64,000 nucleotides of DNA from NCBI GenBank assembly GCA_964509365.1, contig CAZDWN010000004.1, positions 32,907 through 96,906 on the forward strand, written 5' to 3'. Below, piece by piece: positions 19,756-30,600 of the stretch. The notes below the pieces were generated by a model. That model saw only the letters and a list, made by a program, of their open reading frames with translations. It made no database searches and had not been told where the DNA came from. A program made the position numbers and the translations under genes. How positions within the stretch are numbered: position 1 is the stretch's first letter; each line of letters opens with the position of its first letter. Source of the stretch: an uncultured Pseudomonadales bacterium. Lineage in GTDB: Bacteria > Patescibacteriota > Microgenomatia > UBA1400 > UBA12028.

Positions 19756-21405
19756 ATGAGTAATTTGCGAATAATCCCACTCGGTGGAATGGGAAATGTC
19801 ACCAAGAATATGTTTGCCTATGAGTATGGCGATGAGATCTTGCTCGTCGATTGCGGGATCGGGTTCCCAGAATCATCAATGCTCGGCGTCGACGTCTTGA
19901 TCCCTGATATTAGCTATGTCCAAAAGCGAATTGAGCAGGGAGCTCACATCGTCGGTATGTGCATCACGCACGGTCACGACGACCATATCGGGGCATTGCC
20001 GTACGTCATCCCGGAGTTGCCTGACTTCCCGATCTATGCCTCTGAGCTGACTGCTGCATTCGCGATGTCGAGACTCAAAGATGGTGGTACAGAAAAAGAA
20101 GTCTTTGTCGCTCCGTATCGACGAATTATCTCGATCGGATCTTTTGGAGTCGAATTTATTCACTTGACTCACTCAGTGCCCCATACCACGCATTTGGCAA
20201 TCGATACGCCTGAAGGGCTTATCTATCATGGCAGTGATTTCAAACTCGATCTCACTCCAGTCGATGGGAAACTGCCAGATTTTGGAGCGATTGCTGCCGT
20301 CGGAGAACGAGGAGTGTTGTGTGCGTTGATCGACTGTTTGCGAGTCGAGCGCTCTGGATGGTCACCGTCTGAACACGTCCTCAAAGAGACATTTGAGCGT
20401 GAACTGTCTGAGTGTGAAGGAAAATTTGTCGTCACTCTTATGTCGAGTAACTTACATCGCATTCAGCTGCTCGCAGACGCACTTGCTCCCACTGGAAGAA
20501 AACTCGTGTTTGTAGGGAGGTCAGTTGAGCAAAACGTCGAGATTGCACAGCGAATTGGGGTGCTTACGATCCCAAAGAATATGATCGTCCACAAGAAGAA
20601 GATGGATGAGTATCGAGACAGCCAACTGTGCGTCGTTGTCGCCGGGAGCCAAGGTCAGCCAGGCAGTTCGCTCGTGCGAGCGATCTATGGCGAGCATCAC
20701 TCACTTTCCATAGGTGCCAAAGATAAGGTCATCTTTGCGACCGAACCAATCCCAGGGAATGAACAAAATGTGTTCGAGGCAATCGATGAACTGTCGCGCA
20801 ATTGTATTGATATTGCGTACTCGGATATCGCACCCGGACTTCACGTCTCCGGTCACGCCAGTAGTACCGAGCAGTTACTCATGATCTCACTGTTGAAACC
20901 GAAATATCTTTTACCGATTGGTGGGAGTGATCGACATCGAGTGGAGTTTGCAAAGGTAGTCTCCCCAATGGGCTATCAAAATAAGGATGTGCTCCTTCCG
21001 AAAGAAGGGGAGATCATCGCCTTTGATCGCGGTGAATATCGTCGAGCGGAGACGATTGCTCTCAAATCGATGATGGTGGATGGTCTAGGTGTCGGTGATG
21101 TGGGCGCGGTGGTGTTATCGGATCGCAAGCGAATGGCCGAAGAAGGCATGGTAGTCGTCATTATCCCTAAGGCCAGTGGTGCGTATGATGCATCAAATAT
21201 TCAGATCGTGTCTCGAGGATTTGTATTCATGAGACAAGCTGATGAAATCGTACAAGCTATAAAAGAAGAAACCGCCAAAGTATTGTCTGAGAATGCTGAG
21301 CTTGATGAAGGAGAACTGAAGCATTTGATCGAGAAGAAAATCTCCAAACGCATGGGTGAAATGATCGGGCGAACGCCTCTAGTCATCCCGGTGTTTAGGT
21401 CTTGA
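19756..21405 (+). CDS. rnj: Ribonuclease J (metallo-beta-lactamase/beta-CASP)
   Basis: HGHDDHIGALPY MBL motif, beta-CASP region and GHAS motif. 549 aa. Confidence 0.9.
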   Translation: MSNLRIIPLGGMGNVTKNMFAYEYGDEILLVDCGIGFPESSMLGVDVLIPDISYVQKRIEQGAHIVGMCITHGHDDHIGALPYVIPELPDFPIYASELTAAFAMSRLKDGGTEKEVFVAPYRRIISIGSFGVEFIHLTHSVPHTTHLAIDTPEGLIYHGSDFKLDLTPVDGKLPDFGAIAAVGERGVLCALIDCLRVERSGWSPSEHVLKETFERELSECEGKFVVTLMSSNLHRIQLLADALAPTGRKLVFVGRSVEQNVEIAQRIGVLTIPKNMIVHKKKMDEYRDSQLCVVVAGSQGQPGSSLVRAIYGEHHSLSIGAKDKVIFATEPIPGNEQNVFEAIDELSRNCIDIAYSDIAPGLHVSGHASSTEQLLMISLLKPKYLLPIGGSDRHRVEFAKVVSPMGYQNKDVLLPKEGEIIAFDRGEYRRAETIALKSMMVDGLGVGDVGAVVLSDRKRMAEEGMVVVIIPKASGAYDASNIQIVSRGFVFMRQADEIVQAIKEETAKVLSENAELDEGELKHLIEKKISKRMGEMIGRTPLVIPVFRS

Positions 21406-21498
21406 CTCTCTACTCTAGACTGGATATAGTGAAGCTCATTGTCGCCTGGTACCTCTGGTTTTAGGCGAATAGTACACACTATATCTAAAGGAGGCCTC

Positions 21499-21708
21499 AT
21501 GGCAGCCACACTCCCGTACACAAACAGTAAAGGTCAGATATACTACCTTCACACTCGTGAAGTGAAGTTGAAAAACGGACGTGTTCAACGTATTTATTAC
21601 TTCGCTCGCGATAAACGAGATGGTCTCTTGGAAGAAGTTCCAGCAGGATACCAAGTCGTCGAAACCAAGCGAACAGGTATGCCAGTCTTAAAGAGAGCTG
21701 ACAAATAG
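21499..21708 (+). CDS. Hypothetical small basic protein (69 aa)
   Basis: AAGGAGG ribosome-binding site 6 nt upstream of ATG 21499. Followed by a strong terminator. Confidence 0.45.
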   Translation: MAATLPYTNSKGQIYYLHTREVKLKNGRVQRIYYFARDKRDGLLEEVPAGYQVVETKRTGMPVLKRADK

Positions 21709-21736
21709 TTTGGTTGTACCTTTCAATGTATAATAG

Positions 21737-21763
21737 AGCCCCGGTGTCCACCGGGGCTTTTTG
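21737..21763 (+). terminator. Rho-independent terminator (GC hairpin AGCCCCGG...CCGGGGCT plus a T-run)
   Basis: Perfect 7-8 bp GC stem followed by TTTTT, directly after the 21499..21708 gene. Confidence 0.7.
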
Positions 21764-21767
21764 GAAT

Positions 21768-22100
21768 ATGGCAGAAAAAATTACCATCAACACTATCTAC
21801 GAGGGCTTAAAAAAAGTCATTGATCCCGAGCTCAATATCAATATTGTGGATTTGGGCCTCGTGTATAAAGTAGAACTTCTCCCAGAAAAGAAGGGAAGTG
21901 AGCCTTGGGTAGTCATTACGATGACGCTCACGACTCCTGGCTGCCCAATGGCCAGCGTCTTTGATCGGATGACGAAAGATGCGCTTTGGGATACTCCAGG
22001 GCTAGAAGTAGACAAGGATATCAAGATTATTTTGACGTTTGACCCACCTTGGGTCACGGACATGATGTCTGACGAAGCCAAAGCGGAATTGGGACTGTAG
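21768..22100 (+). CDS. DUF59/MIP18-family protein (SufT/PaaD-like, Fe-S cluster assembly)
   Basis: 110 aa from MAEKITIN... Conserved TLTTPGCP motif of the DUF59 family. Confidence 0.72.
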   Translation: MAEKITINTIYEGLKKVIDPELNINIVDLGLVYKVELLPEKKGSEPWVVITMTLTTPGCPMASVFDRMTKDALWDTPGLEVDKDIKIILTFDPPWVTDMMSDEAKAELGL

Positions 22101-22106
22101 TTTGTG

Positions 22107-22190
22107 CGGAGGGTACAGGACTCGAACCTGTGAATCCCTTACGGGAGATGGTTTTCGAAACCATTGCTGTAGCCGCTGAGCCAACCCTCC
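22107..22190 (-). tRNA. tRNA-Ser, anticodon CGA
   Basis: Acceptor GGAGGGT pairs with ACCCTCC. Anticodon stem ATGGT/ACCAT with loop UUCGAAA. Long variable arm. T-arm ACAGG-TTCGAGT-CCTGT. Confidence 0.75.
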
Positions 22191-22222
22191 TCGAAAAAGT
22201 GCTCGCACTGAGCTTGTCGAAG

Positions 22223-22294
22223 TGCACCCACCTGGAATCGAACCAGGATTTCCCACTTCGCAGGCGGGTGTTCTATCCGTTGGACTATGGGTGC
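22223..22294 (-). tRNA. tRNA-Arg, anticodon read as GCG
   Basis: Acceptor GCACCCA pairs with TGGGTGC. Anticodon loop CUGCGAA. T-arm CCTGG-TTCGATT-CCAGG. Confidence 0.65.
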
Positions 22295-22435
22295 AATTCT
22301 TGCTTCTTGTTGGACTACCTGCCCGCAATCGCTGAAGCGATAGCTTCTGCAGGCGGGTGGGTGCAAGAAAGACTATTTTATCACGAAACATTGATTTGGT
22401 TGTCAGAGGCCCATCTTTTGAGATACACTATAGCT

Positions 22436-23035
22436 ATGGACACGAACCAATCAACCCAACCCACGCAAAATTCCCAAGATGGAAGCGCCACGGCCGAACA
22501 CTTTGCAAATGCGCAGCGCCGAGTCGACGAAGAACGCCGCCGCGAACGAAACGAAGAAAAGATACTCGCCAAATGGGATGCACCAAGTCGGCCATATCGC
22601 AAGCGAGATAAGGAGTTTTATACCACGATTGGGATCATCGTCTTTTTGGTCTCATTGATACTGTTTTTTGCTGGTCAGTTCCTCTTTATTGCAGTGGTGG
22701 TAAGTCTCGCGTTTGTCGCGTATGTGCTCAACACAGTGCCTCCTGACCACGTGCACAATGCAGTGACGACTTTTGGTATCCACACTGGAGATAGTCTGTT
22801 TTACTGGGAAGAATTGGGAAGATTTTGGTTTACTGAAGCCAACAAGACCAAGCTGCTTCATGTCGAGACCTCACGCGCTTTCCCAGGGGTTCTGATTCTC
22901 CTGCTTGAAAATATTGATCAAGAAGAACTTAAAAAAGTCATGATCAAATACGCAGTCTTTGAGAAGCCAAAGGATACTTGGCTCGACAACGCAGGGAAGT
23001 GGCTCCAAGAAAAATTCCCATTAGAGAAAGAATAG
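22436..23035 (+). CDS. Hypothetical membrane protein (2 TM)
   Basis: Start at Met 22436 downstream of the tRNAs; the tool's 22130 start would overlap two tRNA genes. Confidence 0.5.
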   Translation: MDTNQSTQPTQNSQDGSATAEHFANAQRRVDEERRRERNEEKILAKWDAPSRPYRKRDKEFYTTIGIIVFLVSLILFFAGQFLFIAVVVSLAFVAYVLNTVPPDHVHNAVTTFGIHTGDSLFYWEELGRFWFTEANKTKLLHVETSRAFPGVLILLLENIDQEELKKVMIKYAVFEKPKDTWLDNAGKWLQEKFPLEKE

Positions 23036-23037
23036 TC

Positions 23038-24966
23038 CTACTGAGTTGGTAATGTTGGCGGGGTCAACCCTGCAACTTCGTTTGCTTTGGCTTCGCGTGC
23101 GATCGCTTCTTTTTCCTGTGGCTGCACCAGTTGTGACGCTTGGCGCTTGCGCTCGAGCTCCATTGGGTTCGTGGTGATCAAATCGTGTTCTTTTTCACTC
23201 GCGATTACACGGATAGCCACGTGGTTTTGACCAGCAAAGAACAGGCCTTCTCCCACGTCCGCAGCCATGAGGAGACGTCGCTCACCTTCAGACAGGAAAA
23301 AGACATCAGTTAGTACAGGAATCGACGCCGATGACTGCTTCATGAGCAGCTGGATCGAAGAGTTCGTCACGACGGCTTTCCCGTAATCAGTATGCAAGAA
23401 ATCCTCGACGTCTTGAGTGATCATGGTGATACCAAGATAATACTTGCGGGCACGCTTCACCAGCGAGTGAAGGAATGAGGCGCTGTCTTTGTGCTTCATG
23501 AAGTACCACGCCTCGTCGATGATGAGCAATCGTCGTCTCACATCTTTCTTCACACGAGTCCAAATAAAGTCCAAGATCATAAACATGGCGATTGGACGCA
23601 GTTCATCTTCGAGTTCTTTGACCGAAAAGACCGTGAAGTGATTGGTGATATCAAAGTTGGACTTTTGGTCAAAGATGCCACGGAAACTTCCTTTGACGAA
23701 TTTCTCAAGCCTTGCAGCGAGGTTATTGGATTCGGTCGTCTCCATACCCACCAATGCCTTGTATAAATCCTCAAGCAATGGAGGTTCATTGCTCTGAGTG
23801 GCAGGGTCTGGAGTAATACCTTTGGCTTTGTATGCGGCGACAATGGCTCGATCGAGAGTTGCGTCTTCCGTCGGGGAGAGCTCACCCATCATGACTCGCA
23901 AGAGGGAATGCAGTGAGATGATCTTCATTCCAAGTTCGTTTTGGCCTTCTTCATAGACATTTGAGAGGTCAAATGGGTTGATCTTTACTTTGCTATCAAA
24001 TCCAAATGAGACATACTCGCCATCGACTGCCTTGGCCAAGTCTTCATACTCATGCTCAGGATCGAGGATGATCACATCAGTATCAAACATGAGGTGACGA
24101 TAGGCTTCGAGCTTTATCGTATACGACTTTCCAGCACCTGATTTGGCAAAGACGACCATGTTTGCATTCTCCATAGAGAACCGGTCAAAAATGACCAATG
24201 AATCATTGTGCTCATTGATTCCATAGACGATCCCTTGCTCCATCGTCAGTTCAGATGAAGTAAATGGAAACGTTGTAGCAAGTGAAGTCGTGTCCATGTT
24301 ACGGACGTAGGAAAGTTTGTCGACGCCTGTGGGAAGAGTGGTTTTAAATCCTTCTTCCATTTGCAACGTCGCATTCTTACTGATGATCAAAAGTGAGCCG
24401 AGTGTGGACTGGATCTGTTTGGTGACGCGATCGAGCTCTTCAAGAGTCTCACCATGGATGGTAATGTAGAGACCAAACTGGAAGAATCTCTCAGCTCCTT
24501 TGGCCAACTGCTCCTGGATCAAGCGTGCATCCTCAAGTTTGATCTCAGTATCAATATTTCCAATTTTGCCTTGCTTGAGATCGGATGAGAGCTCCGCTTC
24601 CATTTCAGTGATCTTTCGTCGTAAATCCTGAAGGATCTTTGCGCTATCGACAGGGAAGATGTACATCGAGATATCCATCTGGTGGGGGAATGTGATCAGT
24701 GGTGAGAGCCAGTTTGCCGGAACGGAACGAGGGTATCCAGAGATAAACAGCGTGCGAGTGTAATTGCCATTAATGCGTTGGTACGTAAAATCAACCTCGA
24801 TGGCTTCTGGAGCAATGATATCAAGAATGCTGACGAGGCCCGAGGAAAATTTTGTGATCTCTTCATCGAGCTTTTGACGAGTTACTTCTTCAGGAGTCAG
24901 TGGAGTACCGGCAGCCGGTGCGGCGGCTTTATTTTTGTTGAGCATTGTAAAAAGATTGAGAGCCAT
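23038..24966 (-). CDS. virB4: T4SS ATPase VirB4/TrbE/TraE family (conjugal-transfer-type)
   Basis: Walker A FAKSGAGKSY. Walker B LLIIDEAWYF. 642 aa, the size of Gram-positive VirB4 homologues. Confidence 0.9.
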   Translation of the reverse strand: MALNLFTMLNKNKAAAPAAGTPLTPEEVTRQKLDEEITKFSSGLVSILDIIAPEAIEVDFTYQRINGNYTRTLFISGYPRSVPANWLSPLITFPHQMDISMYIFPVDSAKILQDLRRKITEMEAELSSDLKQGKIGNIDTEIKLEDARLIQEQLAKGAERFFQFGLYITIHGETLEELDRVTKQIQSTLGSLLIISKNATLQMEEGFKTTLPTGVDKLSYVRNMDTTSLATTFPFTSSELTMEQGIVYGINEHNDSLVIFDRFSMENANMVVFAKSGAGKSYTIKLEAYRHLMFDTDVIILDPEHEYEDLAKAVDGEYVSFGFDSKVKINPFDLSNVYEEGQNELGMKIISLHSLLRVMMGELSPTEDATLDRAIVAAYKAKGITPDPATQSNEPPLLEDLYKALVGMETTESNNLAARLEKFVKGSFRGIFDQKSNFDITNHFTVFSVKELEDELRPIAMFMILDFIWTRVKKDVRRRLLIIDEAWYFMKHKDSASFLHSLVKRARKYYLGITMITQDVEDFLHTDYGKAVVTNSSIQLLMKQSSASIPVLTDVFFLSEGERRLLMAADVGEGLFFAGQNHVAIRVIASEKEHDLITTNPMELERKRQASQLVQPQEKEAIAREAKANEVAGLTPPTLPTQ

Positions 24967-24978
24967 AAAAAACTTTCG

Positions 24979-25905
24979 CTAACTGCTTACAGGTGCTGGT
25001 GGTACTGGCGGTTTTAGGTCAGACTGAATCGATCCAACTTCCTCTGCAATGCTTGCTGGAGCACTCGTCGTCTTTGAATCAAATATCATTTGTGACGCGG
25101 GTTGTGGCGAAATCTGTGGTGTTGCTGCTGGCACAGCGGAAACAGTTGGCGTTGGAGCAGCTATCGGAGTCGGAGTTACTTGTGCTCGTGGTACTGTTGC
25201 GGTCACCATTTCTTGAGGAGGCAACTCTGCATTGACCAGAGGTGAAGAGTACTCTGCAGCTTCTCCGACTCTGATCCCTTTGGCCCCATCAGGATTGTAA
25301 ATGGTATAAAACAACTGAATCAGTTCCTGCGTCTTTACTTGTCGTAAGAATAGCCCGATGCGGGCGAACTGATGCATGAGATGCTCTCGTCGTGGCGCGA
25401 GATTGGTGAGAGCCTTTTCGACAATTGCCGCTTTATCAAGCGGAGCTTGGTTTTTTTTACTCATCCCAGGAATCAGTGTGGATCCCGAAAGAATTCCAGC
25501 TTCAAGGGCAGTATAGGTGATCACAATAAAGAATTTTTTGTCGAGGACGTTTCGTTCTTGCACGAGTTCTTCGACAAATTGTCGATAATCTTTAATATTT
25601 TTTTTGTTGATAGGATTATATGCTTTGATTTCAGCAGTCTTGAGAAGATCTAGATATGAAGTCACATCTTTTCGGACAGACCTAATCACGATTTCAATTG
25701 AAAATGAAAGAGAATTGAGGAGCGCAGCGTAGGCGTAAATTGCTGCATCTTGCTCTTGCTCGGAGTAAAGATCGAAGTTAATCGCACTTGATTGCATCAC
25801 CATTGATACCGAGCCATCTTGCAAGATAATACAATCATTACTGATATCAAAAAGCTCAAGATATTTTTGAGTCGTCGACTGGAGGGCATTCGTTTGATTG
25901 ATCAT
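24979..25905 (-). CDS. T4SS-associated hypothetical protein with Pro/Thr/Ala-rich C-terminal tail
   Basis: 308 aa, no TM. Sits between the PrgI-like and VirB4 genes with 4-nt and 12-nt spacing. Confidence 0.5.
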   Translation of the reverse strand: MINQTNALQSTTQKYLELFDISNDCIILQDGSVSMVMQSSAINFDLYSEQEQDAAIYAYAALLNSLSFSIEIVIRSVRKDVTSYLDLLKTAEIKAYNPINKKNIKDYRQFVEELVQERNVLDKKFFIVITYTALEAGILSGSTLIPGMSKKNQAPLDKAAIVEKALTNLAPRREHLMHQFARIGLFLRQVKTQELIQLFYTIYNPDGAKGIRVGEAAEYSSPLVNAELPPQEMVTATVPRAQVTPTPIAAPTPTVSAVPAATPQISPQPASQMIFDSKTTSAPASIAEEVGSIQSDLKPPVPPAPVSS

Positions 25906-26975
25906 AAACTCTTTATCAAGATTGGCTCGACTACTTGATTATTCAGGACCAGTGAGTACTTGTCAAAACGCAGTCCATCTTTTTCAGTCAAAATTGAATA
26001 CGCTCCACTTTCCAGAGGTGTCACGACAGCAAACTGTCCCAGCGTATTCGTTTTCATTGCGCGCACTGGATTGTTATCTGACTGTCTCGTGATCGTGATG
26101 ATTGCGCCCTCGACTATTTTATCATCATTCGTGACGACCATCCCTGCCAACATATTGGGATTCGTCGGCTTGTTTGGAAATGGAAATCCATTGAGGACGA
26201 TCACCGGTTTTATGACATCGGACTGCTGAAAAATTTGATGAGAGACGACCGTATGAAGCGTATCAGTGATTGCAGGGGTCACTGCTTGTTGTTTCTGGGC
26301 CATCAAATCACTTGTAATGCCAACTTTGTCTTGAGCGGGGATCGATGCAGTCGGCGCTATCTGACCCGTAGCTTCTGGGAGTATGGTGGGCTTCTTTTCC
26401 TCAACCTTCACGGGAGTTTCTGCAATGGTCGGTGTGATAGTCATCTCAGTGATATGTCCAACTTGTGTTGGGGAAGTGGTTTTGGCCTTTGTCGGCGCTT
26501 GAATTGTTTCATTAAAGAGTTTGAGGAGTTCATCAGCAGCTTTTGCTTCCTCATCTTTTTCAACTGGTTCACTGTTTACAGTGTGAACATACTCTTGTAG
26601 GCGTGACTGTCGAATAGGAGTGTAATCAATTTTTGGACTCGTATCCATGTCTTTCGGTGGAGCATAAGTGAAGACGCCAGGAGTGAGGTTTGTCTTTTTC
26701 CAGAAAAACATGGTTGGTTGATAAATTGACTTTACAAACGCAAAAAACCATCGATCAAGTGGGCGTCCTTCAAGGGGAATGAACGCAGCAGCGACGCCCA
26801 TGAGTCCAACGATCGCCATGAGAGGATATTTAAAAATTTGTGGGAGGTTCGTCCAGTAAATAAGTACTGCCGCGATGACACCAGCGGCGACTTCCATAAA
26901 CTGCTTGAGCGTCATTTGCCCAATGAGATGGAATTCATAGCCGGTGACATTTTGCGGGACTGGATGTTCTTGCAT
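25902..26975 (-). CDS. PrgI/VirB3-like T4SS membrane protein with extended C-terminal domain
   Basis: N-terminus with two TM helices (VTGYEFHLIGQMTLKQFMEVAAGVIAAVLIY, MAIVGLMGVAAAF) resembling the PrgI family. Immediately upstream of VirB4 as in Gram-positive systems. Confidence 0.6.
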   Translation of the reverse strand: MQEHPVPQNVTGYEFHLIGQMTLKQFMEVAAGVIAAVLIYWTNLPQIFKYPLMAIVGLMGVAAAFIPLEGRPLDRWFFAFVKSIYQPTMFFWKKTNLTPGVFTYAPPKDMDTSPKIDYTPIRQSRLQEYVHTVNSEPVEKDEEAKAADELLKLFNETIQAPTKAKTTSPTQVGHITEMTITPTIAETPVKVEEKKPTILPEATGQIAPTASIPAQDKVGITSDLMAQKQQAVTPAITDTLHTVVSHQIFQQSDVIKPVIVLNGFPFPNKPTNPNMLAGMVVTNDDKIVEGAIITITRQSDNNPVRAMKTNTLGQFAVVTPLESGAYSILTEKDGLRFDKYSLVLNNQVVEPILIKSL

Positions 26976-27036
26976 GAGATATGTATATGATACCTGATAG
27001 GACCAGAATGGTGAACTTGAGTTTTAGATAGGGATA

Positions 27037-27597
27037 CTAATAGGTCTCTTCGGCTGTTTGCGAGAGATCTTTTCCAATAGTGCTGAAAAAATCGGCTACC
27101 GTCATCGGCGTAAATCTCCAAATCTCAAACGTTGTTCCGTCATCATTTCTCGCAAAGGCAATCCCTTGCGTTGCAAATATTCTCAGCGGAAAGACGTGAC
27201 CTTGTTGCTTGGTATATCCCGTGGCCTCAGGTGCTCCGAGAGACGTGTACAGCTCTTCGTATTTCTTTGGCTGATTGATGTCAACTCGCTCGATCGAGTA
27301 GGAAAGCGTATCTCCATTGAGGACAAATTGAGTGGGGAATGTCTTGTAATCTGAAGGGTAGTCGAGAGTCTTCGTCGTCCCATTCACGTCTGTCTTTATT
27401 GGACTTCCAAATGCATTGGTAATGTCGGTCTCCATGGATTTTCCAGGTGTTACACCTTGAACGACGTTTGGTGCAGGTGTCGCCGCAGGCGCCTGATCCG
27501 TCTGAAGTTTCGGGGTGAAGTATCGCAGGACTATTGTCCCGATTAAAATCAAGATAAGGAGCAGGATATACCAGTATTTCAGCAATATTTTTCTCAT
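27037..27597 (-). CDS. Membrane-anchored hypothetical protein
   Basis: Start at MRKILLKYWYILLLILILIG (27597). Single N-terminal TM. Confidence 0.45.
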   Translation of the reverse strand: MRKILLKYWYILLLILILIGTIVLRYFTPKLQTDQAPAATPAPNVVQGVTPGKSMETDITNAFGSPIKTDVNGTTKTLDYPSDYKTFPTQFVLNGDTLSYSIERVDINQPKKYEELYTSLGAPEATGYTKQQGHVFPLRIFATQGIAFARNDDGTTFEIWRFTPMTVADFFSTIGKDLSQTAEETY

Positions 27598-27608
27598 AAC
27601 ACTTACTC

Positions 27609-30600
27609 CTAGTAACGTTGTGGAGCACAAGTAGATCCATCGGTAGGCCCACTCGGTTTTCCGTTGTCTTCAGGGAACATATGCACTTGCTCCCAAGCAA
27701 AGTGACTTGGATACGCACTGGCCATATTCATGCATTGACCGCCTAATCCGGGATAAGCTCGATTCATGTACGTCATATACACCGCGATCGATTCGGGAAA
27801 ATCCTCGACTACAGTTCCAGCTCCACCAAATGTATACGTTCGAAGATATCCCTCACTAAATGGACCACGGGTGAAATCTTGTACAAGGCTAGCATGGTTA
27901 TCTTCAATGACGTGTCCTGTCTCGTGAATGAGTGTAAAACGAATGTTGAGTATTGAGCTCGTAGCTGAGAACGTATTATCGAAAAGCGCAACAGTATTAT
28001 TCCCGAGGTATTGACCATACCATCTTGAGTCGGGCCCCACACTGCGACGAGTTAGTGTAACTGATCCGTGATCACATAAAATGTTTCGGTATGTGGGATA
28101 AGCTGCTGTGATGGCAAAGGCTTGGGTTAATTTTTGTTTCTCAATTTCAGACCATGATCCGTCTAGAACTAAGCAAGCGAGGTCATCTGGTGGATTTCCA
28201 AAGGAGACAGTAGCGCTTGTTGAAAATGTTTCACCTTGGGCTTGAGTTGCTCCAGATGAATTTTTGACATCAAATGTGACTGTAAGTACGTTTGATACTC
28301 GTGTGTCAGCGAAACTTGGATCGTACTTTATGGTGTATTCTTGAGTTGCAGTGGACTTAAACACGTCAAGTGGAGGAATCGTCGGAGCGACCGGGTGACC
28401 CTTTGAAGATATACTCACTGTATCAGTGGCATTGGTTATCGTGATCTGGTACGGTTGACCTTTTTCATCAACTTTCGGAGTGAGCTTTAAAGTGTATTTG
28501 ATAGATTTACTTGGAGTGAGGACGCTATTATCAGGATAGGAAGACTCACTCGGCTCCATGATTTTTGTGAGTTCGACATATCTTGAAGAGCCGATATCTT
28601 GTCCATCATTCGGAGTAATAAAAGAACCCGTCATTGCTGATGTGGCAATGAGAGCAGTTGCAGTCACGGTTGTAATGGTCCCGATGATCGTAGTAGCCAC
28701 AGGGAAAGATGCTGTGGTTCCTGGGAGAGCTCCAAGAAATGCATTTGTCCCACCTAATACATTTAGTCCGACTTTGCTCGCAGCAGCTTGCGTACCACTG
28801 AAGATATTCGCACCACTTTTTGCGGCAGCTGAGACCGTCTCAGGTCCGAGCTTGCTCATTGCAGTAAGTCCCTCTTTACCGAGGGTTGCAGTCGATCGAA
28901 TTCCTTCTAACGCTTTCGCTCCGTCTCCAATCCCATAGACGTTGGTCCCGATCATGTGAGCGACACTGGATCCACCAACTGGAATCAAAGATCCGATCGT
29001 CGTAACTCCGGCTCCAATAAATCCTCCTACCACAGTACCGACACCAGGGAAGATGTACGTTCCGATCAAAGCGCCTCCTGCAAATCCACCTGCGGCGCTC
29101 GTGAGTGCTCCGGCTCCAGTGGCTGCGCCTTGTGTAAATGCGTAGACAAGGCCGGCTCCAGTGGCGGCTCCTCCAGCTATGCCAGCTAGAGCCAGAGGAT
29201 TGGAGAGAATGCTCCGGGCGAGTTGGGCAGTCCGCTGCAGTCGACCGGAATTACTATTGATCTGGTTTACGCGGCTGTACGCCTCTCGTTGAGTCTGTGC
29301 TCGATCGGAGTCGTCTAACTGCGGTAGCTCTTGCGCATCGCCGCTACCAGCGAGTTCTATGGCTCCCAAAAGTTCGGCGATATTCTGATCTGCATTGAGC
29401 GGAACATTTTGTTCACCGAAGAGACTGAAAAATTGTCGCTTTTGCTGGCGCTGCTCTGCGTCACGACCAAGCGCAATATTTTCATAAAATTGCTCTTGCA
29501 GCGCGACTATGGTCGCCGCTTCTATGTATTGAGCTTGGAGCAACTCATCTTGCTTCCGTTGTTCCGCAAGTATTTCGACCGCTTCTTCTCGCACTTCACT
29601 AATTGTTTTGCGCTTTTTAATTTCTTGGGCGATTCCATCTCTTTCTTTGCGAGTTTGCTCAAGGGGAGTGGTCAACAGCTTATGATACGTCTCATCCTTT
29701 GGTACAGATGTCTTCAGCTCTGCCATTTGCTCGATGAGTTGTGCTTTGGCTTTTCTGATCTCGCTAGAAAGTTTGCTATTTCCAAAGTCATTGAGATCTT
29801 CAAAAACAGGAATTTTACCTGATTTTTTGAGCAAACTCTTCCGGGCTCGTAGTCGTAAAGCTTCGAAATAGGTGGGGAATGTGATCGCGAATTGAGGATT
29901 TGCGAGCGCCACCTCTTTGGTCAATTGAGCCAGCAATTGAGGAGGCACAGACTCAAAATATGCCGTAACGGTGGCGTACGTCTCGATGTATTCAAGTCGC
30001 CTAGGGTCAGACTCAAAGAACTTCTCTAATGTGGCTGGAGTACTGGAAGTAGCAACGGATTCTTGATTTTGTGATGACGCACGAGTCTTCGCGACTGCTT
30101 GGGAGGCGATATACAGTTCACTGAGTAGAGCTTCTGGAAGTCTCCTGACTGATCGAGAAAGTATTTTATCGATCTCTGCGGGGGTGAGAGATGTCCCTCG
30201 TTTCTCCGTCTCTTCTTCAATCAAATTCTTTGCGACGAGAAACTCGACATCCTCATTGGTGATTGTCCGTTCATCCGCCCCATTGCGCCTGCGCAGCGAG
30301 TTTATGATCGCTGCGCGCATGTCATATGCTTGCTTCAACTGCGCTTTTACGGCTTCATACTCTTTCTTGTCCATCGACTCAAGGTCAAGTTTATTCAAGC
30401 TACGAAATAACGTTTCAAAATCTGGGACAGGTGCGTTGATATCCATGCCATACATGAGAAGCAATCCATCATTGATGGCTTCGGCACGGGCCTTGTTGAT
30501 CTTTTCTCGACGTTCTTCATATGACCCAAACCCAGAAGTGTCTCCGTCTTTGTGTTCACTTGAACTGGTACGGCTTCCAGAGGGAAGAAAAGGCAAGGTT

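Noticed and set aside
22130-22435. N-terminal extension of the 301-aa ORF
   Set aside because: Would read through two tRNA genes on the opposite strand. An internal Met at 22436 gives a sensible membrane protein.
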